A stretch of 63,840 nt of DNA, the filler included, from Licmophora abbreviata (lineage: Eukaryota), in the NCBI GenBank assembly GCA_900291995.1. It is 17 parts of 17 records of this genome, joined end to end, with 100 filler letters (N's around TTAATTAATTAA, not from the genome) between each part and the next. Parts side by side here need not be neighbours in the genome. Positions count along the whole stretch, not along the records: positions 22,925 to 34,885 come from OLMU01004010.1; positions 34,986 to 36,245 come from OLMU01004012.1; positions 36,346 to 41,323 come from OLMU01004013.1; 14 more parts are not named here. One strand, given 5' to 3'. Below are positions 25,600 to 37,620 of this stretch, piece by piece. The notes below the pieces were generated by a model. It searched no databases. It saw nothing but the letters and a program-made list of their open reading frames with translations, and was not told the origin of the DNA. Position numbers and translations under genes: made by a program. Position 1 is the first letter of the stretch; each line of letters begins with the position of its first letter.

Positions 25600-26520
25600 C
25601 TAGGCCAGCAACATGCTAACACGTGCGCCATATCCACCACCCAGATCTACTTCGTATGCCGCTGCAAACTCCGACTTGTGGAGCACTCTCCACCCTTCCG
25701 CTGCTGGTACCGGATCGTCTCCATCGTAGTCCAATAACAGACTCCTAGCCACATAGTCGTATTCGTCCCGTACCCAATCCGGTATCCTTGTCACGTTCGT
25801 CGCCTCTTTCGATTCACCTAGTCTTCTACTTCCTACTTCCCCGTACGCTTCGACCAGTGTTTCGAAATTGGTCAAGCCCGGTCGCATGTTGGACTCGAAT
25901 CGGTTGGTGTAATCCATGCATTCGCCCAGATTGGCATTGTTGAAAATCTCGTCGGTATGTGCCAGTCCAAAGCCATGTCCCACCTCGTGACACATGGTGA
26001 ACTGGCGTTCTTCGAATGATGCACCAGTAAGATAGTAGTCGTTCATTTTGGCACGACTCACTATAATGGTATTTTGAGCCGTGAACTTGATTTCGTTGAT
26101 TCCTTTCCAGCCCGTTTTACCGTAGTCGTTGTTACAAACCTTCATAACGCCGTCCACAAACTCGCAGTCCACATCCCGACTGACTTTTTCCGATGTGAGT
26201 GTCAGTGCGTCTGGTGAACCACTGTCCCAGTCACGAAAAGCTTCCTGGAAGCGCTCGTCCCAGGAATCTTCGCAGGCGTTGAGTAGTTTCAACGTGAGTC
26301 CACCGCTACCGCCATTGTTCCATATCGGTGTATCTGCCTGGGGGACCCCATCGTAGGGATCTCGGAAGAAGATGGGCGGCAGCGTGGGCGTCTCAATGCC
26401 TGTGAGATTCTCAAAGTCGTCTTCATTCACTAGGCCAAAGTATAGACCGAGGCCCAAGGCAAGTGCCATCAGCACGGCCGACACGATCAGACAATAGCAG
26501 CAGCTTCCGATACAACCCAT
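25600..26520 (-). CDS. Membrane-anchored metzincin zinc metalloprotease
   Basis: HEVGHGFGLAH (HExxHxxGxxH), Met-turn-like ECMDY, N-terminal Cys-rich TM anchor. Confidence 0.85.
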   Translation of the reverse strand: MGCIGSCCYCLIVSAVLMALALGLGLYFGLVNEDDFENLTGIETPTLPPIFFRDPYDGVPQADTPIWNNGGSGGLTLKLLNACEDSWDERFQEAFRDWDSGSPDALTLTSEKVSRDVDCEFVDGVMKVCNNDYGKTGWKGINEIKFTAQNTIIVSRAKMNDYYLTGASFEERQFTMCHEVGHGFGLAHTDEIFNNANLGECMDYTNRFESNMRPGLTNFETLVEAYGEVGSRRLGESKEATNVTRIPDWVRDEYDYVARSLLLDYDGDDPVPAAEGWRVLHKSEFAAAYEVDLGGGYGARVSMLLA

Positions 26521-26932
26521 GGGTAAGCGAACTATGTACGACTTCAGAAGTTTTGCTTTCGATGCGGGGGAGGGAGCAGGCTGATTGAACGAACAAGCGT
26601 TGCGTCATACTTTGCTCGGTTTTCTAGTTGCAATTCTAGTCTTGCCGAAGACGCCGACGAACTGTTCTCAGTTCGTCATTCGCCCGTGGAAAAAGCGCGC
26701 GAGAAAGCCGGCCGAGCCAAAGATGACGGGACGTACATTCACACACTTGTTTGGTTTGACTCCGTACCGGTACTGCAACCACCATGCCAATGGACTTCTA
26801 GGTCCACAAGACTTCAGCGTCACTGGTAGCTCAGTCGCTACCCTTAGGCAGGGTCTAGCAGAGTAGGTAGAGTCGAGACATGGTACAGCAGGTTTTTAAG
26901 ACGAGACAGACAATGTGATCCTGTCTAAGGTT

Positions 26933-28544
26933 CTATTTGTTCTTACAATTCTTGTGCGGCGGTGGCAAACCACTGTTCTCCATAGGAATGATGCCCTCTG
27001 GCGTGTATTCAAAGTTGGTATTTCCCCTGCCTTGATGGTAGCGCGTTGTCCAAATGTCCGTCGAATACGACGAGCCGCGGACTCCCACAAAGGCAGTCGC
27101 CTCCGTAGCAATGTAAAAAGTTCACCACGGACTGGAGTAGCGAACCATAGTCGATCGAATCGGGATGTTCTCGATAGTACTGGTCCATTGTCTTCTGGCC
27201 GCACTCAAAAACCGATACATACTGCTCTCGATCCAGCAAAAGTCCCGCACCGGCCGTATCCTGCACTCCAACGATGCGATTGATCGTGCTCAAGTTTTCG
27301 TCCGCGTACGTCTGGAACTTTTGATACAGCCGTCCCGTTTCTTCCATGCCGCTCCTTGATACGGCTACAAACACCCCATTCGGTGAAGATTCTGAGAATC
27401 GAGGATGAGACGTCAGAAAGTCCCCCATCATGTCGAAAATCTTCGTGAGATTCTTTTCCATGGTCTTGCCGCAGTTATGATCCATCATTTCTAGTTCCAC
27501 GCGAGCATGCAACGCCACGTAGTTGCGGTCTGTACTAATCGTACTTGTATCGGCACCAGACGACCCCGTGTGAGATGCTACACACTGCATGGCCAGTTCC
27601 CGCCACGCGCGTTTCGGTCGCAGCGCTCTCAACACCAACGCATCAGCCCCATACGGAATGCCGGCGGGCTTCTTCAAATAGCCCATAACATCGTTCCAGA
27701 GTCGTCCCGCTCCTCGCCCACCGCCATAGGCACTTGGCTGCGTACAATTCTGAACTTGTTCCATGAAGTCAATCTTTCGAGGATTTACAACTCCTTGTCG
27801 GGTCGCAATCCGAAACGACTCGTTGACAATGGGAGACAGAAATCCCCGCCGCAGGACCGTTTGAGCTAGTGCGGTCGCGTTCGACGGGATGTCGCGTTCT
27901 TCTGTCCGAGACCAGCAGTCGTACTTTTGTAGAGGGTCATAATCAGTCAGGAAAGGGAGCTGAATTTTTGTATCCTTGATGGATAGCGCGACTTGATTCC
28001 AGTAGTCGACATCCATGACCAAGTCCATAGGTATCGGTACCCACTCTTCTTTGTCGTCAATCAATATCTGTGTAGTCCACATGAGTGATGGGAGAAAGAG
28101 ATGCGAAATATCACTCTTTATCGCGTACACAACAAAGCCAACAAATCGCAGTACTTGATTGCGATAACCGCCCATCAAGCCTGGAGGGTACAAGAGTGCG
28201 AGAAGCTTGCCGTTGTCTGCTTGGATGGGAGGACTCGGCGTGACACGCTGATTTAGATCTGACCGAGAGGGCGACTCGATTTTGGAAGGGTATACCTCGC
28301 CACGCCGTATTCTGTGAGGGGTCGACTGCAGACGCTCTGGAAGGTGCAGAATCCAGACCGAGATGCAGATCAGCAGTGTCGACAGTCCAATGCCTAGTGC
28401 GATCCCTGTAGGTCTGGACGAGCAGCCTGATGGCTTTCTTCGTTTCGAGCTCAAGACATCGTTTCCCGACCTCCTGACACTACTTGGCTCGCCTTCATCT
28501 CTCACGGTTGCACCCGGATGGGCTCTACGACGCGTCGTGCTCAT
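26933..28544 (-). CDS. Type II membrane O-fucosyltransferase-like glycosyltransferase; frameshift in A5 run at 27115-27119
   Basis: TM anchor, GGYRNQ and YVALHARVE motifs. Removing one base restores the C-terminal ATAFVGVRGSSYS motif, with the stop at 26933. Confidence 0.78.
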
Positions 28545-28908
28545 CCCTAGCAGCAGTTAGACTACAGCTCGACGCCATGGTCAATTCTCGCGGAATTTAG
28601 AGTTTGGAAAAACAAATTGAAAATGACCCGGTTTCGTCTGTCCGTCGTACATTATGAGTAAATACCTTTTAACATCCGGGTTTCTCTCAAGTCTGCCAGG
28701 TGGAGGCCTCGCTTCCGCGTGGCACGAAGACGTCACGACCTGTGCTGTGTAGTATACGAGTACGAGGTATCGTAGTAGCAAGCAGACTCGCCATCAACCT
28801 CAGCCCATCAAAACAGAAACGTACACTGACCCAACAACGCGTTCGGTACCATATTCAATATAGGACGTCTCTGTCAGTTCCTTGCGATACATCACGCTCT
28901 TTCTCACC

Positions 28909-31866
28909 ATGAAATGGCCTGTGGCAGTCCTGGTGGCGTTGGGCTTCGCGCTGGACGCAAGCGAGGCTTCCAAGTCGTCTCGAAGAACTCCGACCTCCAA
29001 ATTACCGGGATGGCTTGGTGCGCAAAACAGTGTTCTAGAGTCACTGAAAACACAATCGGGGTGGTCTATTCTACGAGGGGGGTCTATGGGTAAGAAGAGT
29101 AATCAATTGTACATCTGTCGAGTGCTCGGCTTGTTGGAGTCTCTCACCACGCTTCCTTACTTTGCTTGCTTACTTCGCCTTTCAGCGGCGGCAGAAGAAG
29201 CGGAAGAGGACGACAAGCCCGCCAAGAAAAAGAAGAAACGATCCAAAAAGACAAAGAAGAGTAGCTCCGCTAGCACCAATACTGCGTCGAAAAAGGCCGA
29301 TACTTCTTCTTCGTCATCGACTAGCAACAAGGATGACTTGAGCATGGCCATTCTGGGCGGCTCCTCGTCTCGCAACGCGCTCGAGGTCGTCAGTTACACG
29401 TCCAGTGAGGATGGACACACTGTTGTGGGTATGCCCAGTGGCGTATTGGAAGAAATGGAGCTCTTTGATGGCGACACAGTGTCAATCAAGGGAAAACGTG
29501 GCAAAAAGACCATGGCGACCGTCGTTACCATGAGCGAGGCGGACGCCAGCAGTCTTGGGGCCAGCACGACGCACATGCTGGCCATGTCGAACGATGCCAT
29601 GAAGAACGCTGGAGTGCGGGCTGGAGACAGTGTCACCGTCGTGCCCGCACCCAATGTCAAGTTTGGCAAAGCTGTCTTGATTCTGCCGTACGGTGATAAC
29701 CTGGCGTCGGCAAAGGTGGAGGCATCCGACGACGTTCTGTTCACTGACTACATTAAGCCCTACTTCGAAGGCAAGTTTCGGGCGCTGCATAGGGGTGATT
29801 CGTTTCATATCGATGGACCCAAGGGATTGTTGGAGTTTCAGTGCGTGGAAATCGACAGTGTCGAAGTCGATGGCGACACTGCGTGTGTCGTAGTGGATGA
29901 TACCGTGATCGAATGCGAGGGCGAGCCGATTGATCGCGACGACATGGACGATTTGGAGGGAGCTGGATACGATACGATTGGAGGTGCCAGCAAACACTTG
30001 GCGGCTGTGCGTGAGTTGGTGGAGCTTCCATTAAAACACCCCGAATTGTGGCGTAAGCTCGGAATCAACCCCCCTCGAGGCGTGTTGTTGACTGGACCTC
30101 CGGGGTGCGGTAAGACGGCCATGGCACGAGCGGTTGCTGCCGAAACAGGAGCATACTTTTTCGTCATCAACGGACCGGAAGTCATCTCCAAGCGTGCAGG
30201 AGAGAGTGAGACCAACTTGCGTCGGGCCTTTGAAGACGCCGAAGCCAATGCGGACGACTACAACGGTGCGATCATCTTTATCGATGAGGTCGACTCAATC
30301 GCTCCTCGCCGTGACAAGGCTGGTGGTGAAGTGGAAAAGCGGATTGTGTCTCAGTTGCTCACCCTCATGGACGGACTCAAACCTACATCCAAGGTTGTGG
30401 TCATGGCAGCAACGAACAGGCCGGGCGTGATGGAACCTGCCCTACGCCGTCCTGGTCGATTCGATCGTGAACTTGACATGGGCGTGCCGGATGAACAAGG
30501 ACGAATGGAGATTATGCAAATCAAGACCCGCGATATGCGTCTCGGTACCGATGTTGATTTGGAGTTGTTGGCACGTAACACGCATGGATATGTTGGAGCC
30601 GATTTGCAGCAGCTGTGTATGGAAGCGGCACTCGAGTGCATCCGAGCCAAGATGGGACTCATTGACTTTGACAAGGACAGTGTCGACAAGAAGATCTTGG
30701 ATAGTATCGTGGTGGAACAGAAGCACTTTGATTTTGCCATGGCAATTGTCAATCCGTCGTCGCTACGTGAAAGTCATGTGGAAGTTCCCGATGTTCACTG
30801 GGAGGACGTTGGTGGCTTGGAAGAGGTGAAGCGAGAACTGCACGAAACCGTCCAGTACCCAGTTGAGCACGCTGACAAATTCATCAAGTTCGGAATGAGC
30901 CCGAGTAAGGGTGTGCTCTTCTACGGGCCACCAGGATGCGGAAAAACTCTCTTGGCCAAGGCGATTGCGAATGAGTGTGGAGCTAACTTCATCAGCATCA
31001 AGGGACCCGAACTTCTGACACAATGGTTCGGAGAAAGTGAGGCGAACGTTCGAGAACTCTTCGATAAGGCGCGTGCCGCCAGTCCTTGTATTCTCATGTT
31101 TGACGAGATGGACTCCATCGCAAAGACGCGTGGAAGCGGTGAGTGCTACTGAGTGTTGTGCTGTGCTTGAAAACATAAGTAGTTCTTTAGCTCACTCCTT
31201 GTTCGCCCTTCCACTGTATCTTACTCAGGCGGCGCTGGTAGCAGCGAGGCGGGAGACCGTGTCATTAACCAGATCCTTACAGAAATCGATGGCGTCGGTG
31301 CACGCAAGAATGTCTTTGTGATTGGTGCCACGAACCGTCCCGATATTCTCGATCCAGCTGTGATTCGACCCGGTCGATTGGATCAGCTCATTTATATTCC
31401 TCTTCCTGACTTGAAGAGCCGTACGGCTATTCTCAAGGCTCAGCTCCGAAAAGCGCCAGTCGATCCGATGATCGACATTGAGGTGCTGGCGCGATCTACA
31501 CATGGCTTTAGCGGAGCCGATCTTGCGGAGATTTGCACATCAGCGTCCAAGCTGGCCATCCGAGAGGCAATTCTTTCCACCGAAGAGAGGCGAGCCAAGA
31601 TCGATGCGGGCGAAATGGACGAAGAAGAAGACGACGAATCGAATACGGGGAAGCAGATGCTTATCACGAAGAGGCACTTCAACTTTGCAATGTCCAAGGC
31701 TCGCCGCAGTGTGACCGAGAAGGATCTTGCGCTGTTTGAGGAATTTGCGGAGAAGCAAAAGGCCGGAAGAGGAGAAGCTGCTACGAATTTTAAGTTCGGC
31801 GAAGCTGGAGATGGTGCCACCGACGAAGTTGACGACGATTCCGTACAAGACGACCTCTATGCATAA
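28909..31866 (+). CDS. CDC48: CDC48/p97 AAA+ ATPase with N-terminal signal peptide (probable SELMA sCdc48)
   Basis: Two AAA modules (GPPGCGKT x2, IDEVD/FDEMD, RPGRFDR/RPGRLDQ), C-terminal DDLYA; signal-like [20 protein letters not shown]; introns 29090-29185 and 31139-31228. Confidence 0.95.
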
Positions 31867-32193
31867 AGTATCTAGCGTCGAGTGCGACCATCTGTGTGCT
31901 GCCTGATTAGATTTCGCGTAGACTTGTTCGCAGGATTACATTTTTTTCATAGGCTCCTCCTTCTTGGGGCCCATGCCCTACCCCGAAGTACGGTGTAGAA
32001 TGAATCTAGTAGAGGGTCCTAGCTTTGACTTTGAGAGGGTTAGGTTTGAAGCAATATGTTGTCGCTACTTTGTACGAGGGCGTTGTCAGCGGTAGACATC
32101 ATGTCACGGACCAGGTTTGGTTGAAATATCGGTATGGCAAGATAGATGAGGAGAGCGGGACTCCAGCTACATTGGTAGCGAAGCAAAAAGATT

Positions 32194-32273
32194 TGACGTC
32201 GGTGGGATTTGAACCCACGCCAATGAAGACTACGGCCTTAACGTAGCGCCTTAGACCGCTCGGCCACGACGTC
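32194..32273 (-). tRNA. tRNA-Leu(AAG)
   Basis: GACGTCG acceptor stem, TGGCCGAGCGGTCTAAGGC D-arm, CTACG-TTAAGGC-CGTAG anticodon arm, variable arm, GGTTCAAATCC T-loop, downstream T5 Pol III terminator. Confidence 0.96.
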
Positions 32274-32726
32274 TGATTTCATGTGGCTACGAAGGGATGA
32301 TCTGAATTATTTAAATTTTGCAAATCTATCGAGTCACCAATCTTCCAAATCGATGATTTCCCGCGGTGCCCCAGGACCATGGTAAATACGGTAGCTAGCT
32401 ACAAGTTGAAAGTAGTCTATGTAACTTGTTGCCTCAATGCAGCCTTGCTTGTGCGGTAGGGTGCAGAGACTCCTTCCTTTGAGATGGAGAGAAGAATGGA
32501 GCTGTAATCACCACCGACAACCAACGTCCGAGCTTCCCGTCAGACTCCGCTTCTAACTTGTTTCGACAACACGTCATCGTGTGTCTAAACTGTCTCGTGC
32601 GCGGCAGAGCGACAATGTGCCCGCGATCTTACTCATCAGGGCCTTTCGTGATCGCTTTCATAAGCGGGGGGAGATATTGAATCTCAGAGTTTCGAACAGC
32701 CTGGGCGTGCATACGTAAATTGCACT

Positions 32727-33758
32727 ATGGAGCGACGCAAATTTGAGGTACTGGGCATGCTCGACCACGAGGCGAGGCTTCCATCGCCTACACACAGGCA
32801 ACGGAGCAAGAAGACGATCCTCGCGCTTGCGCTCCTGCTGCTTGGCGTCTGCGCTGCCAATTCACTAGCTCTTACGGTTTTGCCACGCCCGACTGTGTCT
32901 CGGCGGACAGCTCTGGTGCAATCCGTGTGCGTCGCCGCGACTGCCGTGTTGATTCCTGGGCAAGTCTCGGCCGCTACATCGTCGGCGTCGGGCATCGCTG
33001 GTCGTCTTGAGAAGGACACATTGACCATCCCACCACCCTCGGTAGCTACGGAACTGAATGGAGTCGACAACTTGTACTTTCCCGACTACATGGCTGGCGA
33101 ATGGCTCGTAACTCAGACGCTCGTCGACGTGTCGACACCTCTGGGCCTTAAGTTTGCCGGTGGCCCGAATGGCCTTGAATCGATTGCTGAAAAGAGCATG
33201 GAGGAAGCTCGCACCAAGCTTAATCAGCCAGTTTCGCTGCGACTGCGCTACATACCCACCAAATGGGGTGTCGCCGAGGATCGACTCTTCAACTCCAGGC
33301 AGAGACTCGATGCGTTTGCGGGAAAATCGGTTGTGGCGTCTGTCGAGTATGCCAATGTTGGAGGGTCAAATCGGCAGTCAGTGTTGGCAATGGGAGGCAC
33401 TGAAGAGGACCCGCTTCAAACAAGTATCGTTCGATTCAAGGGCCCGGCAGCACAGAAGACCTTTGTTGTGTCGCATGGGTCCGAGCGAGTTACAGACGAC
33501 ACGGCCTCTGCATCCTGGGCAGGCTACGAGTTGGATCGATCCATCTTTGCTCTCACGAACCAGAACACAGCTCCGCCCCTCACGACTGATACTGAACTCA
33601 TTTGGTACCTGGAGAAAGTGGACGACGTTCACGTACGGGCAAAGCTGCGAATCGTAGGCTATTTGAATGCTCAGAGCGATACGCTATACTTCAACGCTCG
33701 CAATCGAGCTGTGACGCTACAAGACTATGTTCTAGACATGAAGCGAAGAGTCTCATGA
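32727..33758 (+). CDS. Conserved plastid protein (DUF6816-like), probably thylakoid lumen
   Basis: Hydrophobic signal, SRR twin-arginine-like segment plus hydrophobic AxA stretch, LYFPDYMAGEWLVTQTL motif. Start uncertain. Confidence 0.6.
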   Translation: MERRKFEVLGMLDHEARLPSPTHRQRSKKTILALALLLLGVCAANSLALTVLPRPTVSRRTALVQSVCVAATAVLIPGQVSAATSSASGIAGRLEKDTLTIPPPSVATELNGVDNLYFPDYMAGEWLVTQTLVDVSTPLGLKFAGGPNGLESIAEKSMEEARTKLNQPVSLRLRYIPTKWGVAEDRLFNSRQRLDAFAGKSVVASVEYANVGGSNRQSVLAMGGTEEDPLQTSIVRFKGPAAQKTFVVSHGSERVTDDTASASWAGYELDRSIFALTNQNTAPPLTTDTELIWYLEKVDDVHVRAKLRIVGYLNAQSDTLYFNARNRAVTLQDYVLDMKRRVS

Positions 33759-34259
33759 TAACATTGAAACAAATACAAAGTTCGCACTAGAAGGCAGTCG
33801 GTGCTACAACAGAAGTGCCCTAATGACAGAGTCATGATAACTGAACCATATGCGGATCCGTCGAACTTCATGCCGACAGCTGGAATTCAGCACTGTGGTA
33901 AAGGATTTGTGGCCACTCACTGTCGTTCGTATGTTCGACAAACTATCTCCGTTGACATCACTGCTCACCAATCTCTCGGAGCATACAAAGGCCGAGTGTG
34001 CCGGTAGCAAGACTGGAACCCCAAGGCCCACCTGGAAAGTTTGCCTCAACTGAAAACACCGCAACACTAGCAGTTTCGATATATCTTATTTTCACTTTAC
34101 TTACGTTAACCCGCTCCCAATCAATTCGGCATCATGTCGCCGACAAGTGGTAGTACAAGTCTCGTGCTCGCTCAAGGGCTACTTATCAAGAGCAAGATAC
34201 GTCAGGACAGCATAAAACACGCTCGCATCGAGTCTCACCGTCATCCCACTCATCTTCAA

Positions 34260-35581
34260 TCAACGACGCCAGCCGCCTCCATAGTGCCCACCCCCACCGC
34301 CGTAACGGCGATCATCTCCTCCTCGGTTTCCACGACCACCGTATCCCCCACTAGGTCCACCTCGTTCCCATCGCTCTGAGCTCGGACCGCGTCGATCGTA
34401 TCCACCTCGACCGCCAAAGTGCCTTCCACCTCCACCTCGCGGTGGCCCCCCATACCGATCCGGCGGGCCGCCTCCGTACCCACCGCCTCGCTGCGGCGGT
34501 GGAGGCCCGTATCGTCCGTGCTTATCCACCAGTTCTTTCAACTTATCTCGCACTAGCTTCCATCCTACGTACTGCTTTCCAGCATAATGAGCTGCAATCC
34601 TCTCATCAGCGTCTCGCGCACTCATAAAATTTCCAGAAACTTCACAAACGGTCTTGTCCGCGGTGATATCCGATCGCACCTGCTGGAGTTGCTGTGTTTC
34701 GTGCGTGACGCGATCGACCAAGGGAGCGTACTGCTGTACGAGACGCGCCAGGTCAAAAAGAAGACGCTGCTTTCCAACGGTGGCGTGGCGCAGTTTCAGT
34801 TCCAGTTCAGATGGCTGGGGCGGCTGTTCTGAATGAGGAGATGCCCCTTCAGGCGGACTGGAAGCGGCGTCCGTCGGTGCGTCGGNNNNNNNNNNNNNNN
34901 NNNNNNNNNNNNNNNNNNNNNNNNNNNNNTTAATTAATTAANNNNNNNNNNNNNNNNNNNNNNNNNNNNNNNNNNNNNNNNNNNNCGTTCCTCCTCTACT
35001 TTATCCTGAAGCGCCTCCTCATCACGTTTGGCATCATCAATTCGATCCACGACACTTTCGATTTCGTCCTCGACACGTTCGAGCTGACACATTAAGCGTA
35101 CAAGAGCATCGAGTGCCATTGGATCGATCGCAGTCACATGACTATCGTTCGAGGGTGCCCCGCCCCGCTTTTCGTTCTGACGCCGCAATTCTGCAGCTAG
35201 CTTGTCCTTGTTGCGTTGCACTGTCCGATCACAGGATCGTACCAGATCCGACAATTTGCGAAACAAAATGTTCTGAAATCCAAGTCGCTCTTGCTCGTGT
35301 TGCGGTAGTTCCAGGAACTCCGCACGCGCCTCATCGTCGACCGTCCGTGGATTCGGACCGATATCCGACTTGGTATTGACAAACAGCTCGAAGACGTCGA
35401 CGCCCCACGCACAGTACAAGGGGTCGACGTCGGCGTCGTAGCAAGACTTTGTTTTCTTGCGCATCTGCACCCCATCGCCGCCGCCGCCTCGTTTCTTGCT
35501 GACGGCGGCCCCTTCCGGCAGAGAAGCGTCCCGATCAGCGCCCATTAGGGCGTCCAGCATGGCTCTCGCTTCATCTGCCAT
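34260..35581 (-). CDS. LUC7: LUC7-like U1 snRNP splicing factor (spans gap)
   Basis: ARAMLDALMG.DR N-terminus, LFVNTKSDIGP, VCEVSGNFMS...RIAAHYAGKQYVGW, RGG/RD-rich tail. Confidence 0.85.
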
Positions 35582-35931
35582 TCTATCGTAGTACTGTGTA
35601 TACTGTGGGCACCGATTAAACGGAACAGGGCGAGAGAAACGAGGCGCCGTTCGTCAACGCCACCATGGGGAAAAGCACTGCGCTCCCTTTTTCTTCGTGG
35701 TTCTGATCATCTTCTGAACTGCTGAGTGCCGAGATTCCTGACTCCGTCTACAGGGTTCAGCACGAGTATACGATACAGTTTACTAGAGTACACAGTAGAT
35801 CTAGCTAACGTGTCATACTACCCGTATGTCACAAGGTAGCAAGGCTAGAAAAGGACGCATTGGTACGACTGCAATATCAGAATACCTTTACTTGTTCGTA
35901 ATTTAGACTTGCATGTTGGCAGTAATCAACC

Positions 35932-37306
35932 TCATTCCTGATCCGACCCCGACGATGCATCGCTCACTTCGTCGGCGCTAGCATCACTACCCAGACCCGC
36001 AACGCGGTCGTTCGCACGCAACTCCTCCATAGCTGCAGTGTCTCGCTCTTCCTTTCGTCGTCGTTTCGTGTCCTGCTTCTCTTCGCGTTCCTTGCGCTTT
36101 CGTTCTACGTTTCGTTCCTGTTCATCCCGTCGCTGTTGCTTCAACGCTGCTTCTTGTTGCTTCTTCGCCTTCAATTCCTTAATCTCCTCGGGCGTTTTTG
36201 TGACGTGTGCATGATACATGACATCGCCACCTCCCAAGCCTCTCTNNNNNNNNNNNNNNNNNNNNNNNNNNNNNNNNNNNNNNNNNNNNTTAATTAATTA
36301 ANNNNNNNNNNNNNNNNNNNNNNNNNNNNNNNNNNNNNNNNNNNNCAACCTTCAACAGTTGCAAACACAATCGAGGTCCCAGTTCCACTAATTTCAACGC
36401 AGACTTTGTATTCTTCTTGTTCCCTCGTCCGCTGTAGTTCGACGACAGGACCACATGAGACGTTTCGTCCTCTGGTTCACTATCGCTAGCGTTCCCTGCA
36501 GCCGTACTTGCCGACGGAGCCGCTTCCCCACTCGCAGTACTTCCCGTAATGTAGTCGGCAATGTCGTCCAATCGATTAAGATTCGGCACCTTGGTCTGAA
36601 TCAACCGACGCACTTTCTTGTCGACGCCTACTGGAGTCGCCTTGATGGCATAATGGCGCATCTCGACCAGCTCTGCAATAGTACCATCCTCCTCTCTTCG
36701 ATCCATCTTTTGAAACAAGACGACGCGTCGACAGTCACTCAGTTTCACAGTCGCCACATTGATGGCTGGAAACATGTTCTGGAAGGTAATCCGTAACAAC
36801 TTGACATGAGGCGCGGCAGTGTTATCTCCAAAGTTATTACACACCACCACGGGAGAGTGATCCAGTACTCCCCCAGTGTTCATGTTGTATGGTCTTCTCT
36901 GGATGCTTTTGACGTGTCGCATCAAACTGAACTGCTGTACTCGAAAGCTGAGCGTCGGTCCCTCGGGTACGCGCGCAAGTCTCATGTTGAGTCGCTCTTG
37001 ATTTTGGGAGAAAATCATGATATGGGAGACTCCCATGGGCAACGCCAGGTCTTTACTATAGTGTTGAAGTGTCATTTTGGTATTCTTGGCGTCCTCTCGG
37101 AAATTGGACGCCGTGTAGGGCAGCATGAGCTGGCGCAAGTCTTCGACGAGCGAGACCACTTCCTGTTCGACCTTGCCCCGTCGAATAATCAATGATTTCG
37201 GAATCTTTTCACTGCTCTGCAGCGCCTGGTGGGCCACAGCAAGCTGCTGCTGCTCATTGGACACGTGCGTCCGCGTCTTTTTGCGACGGCGACCAGCTTT
37301 CGGCAT
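35932..37306 (-). CDS. PPAN: Brix-domain ribosome biogenesis factor Ssf1/Peter Pan (spans gap)
   Basis: IPKSLIIRRG, LMLPYTA, GPTLSF, FQNMFP.INV, RRVVLF, LVELGPRL and G.VMYH motifs. Confidence 0.92.
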
Positions 37307-37620
37307 GGTAGGGTGATGCTCACAAAGCCGAAGACTGAAAAAGTGAGACAAAAATTCGAGTCTGGAAACTTTTGGCATCAGATTTTGGGTGGCGGGAAGA
37401 GGCGTCTGAATTTTGAAACCATCAAATTTCCGGATTCCGTTGGGGATATTCCAAAAAAGGAAAAGTTCCCCCCGAACAAAATTGACGCGAACTGAGAACT
37501 GAAGAGATGAACTTGAAACTTTTCTCATTGTGATCATGTTTGATGAGGCCTGAACCCTCAGTTAGCTCCTGTGTGCTCCGTTTGCTGTCGGTGTTGAGCG
37601 AAACGTCAATCACCACCGCT

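Noticed and set aside
29157..31848. Many long antisense ORFs over CDC48, and similarly over hemL and SQS
   Set aside because: Shadow ORFs expected from codon bias in conserved genes.
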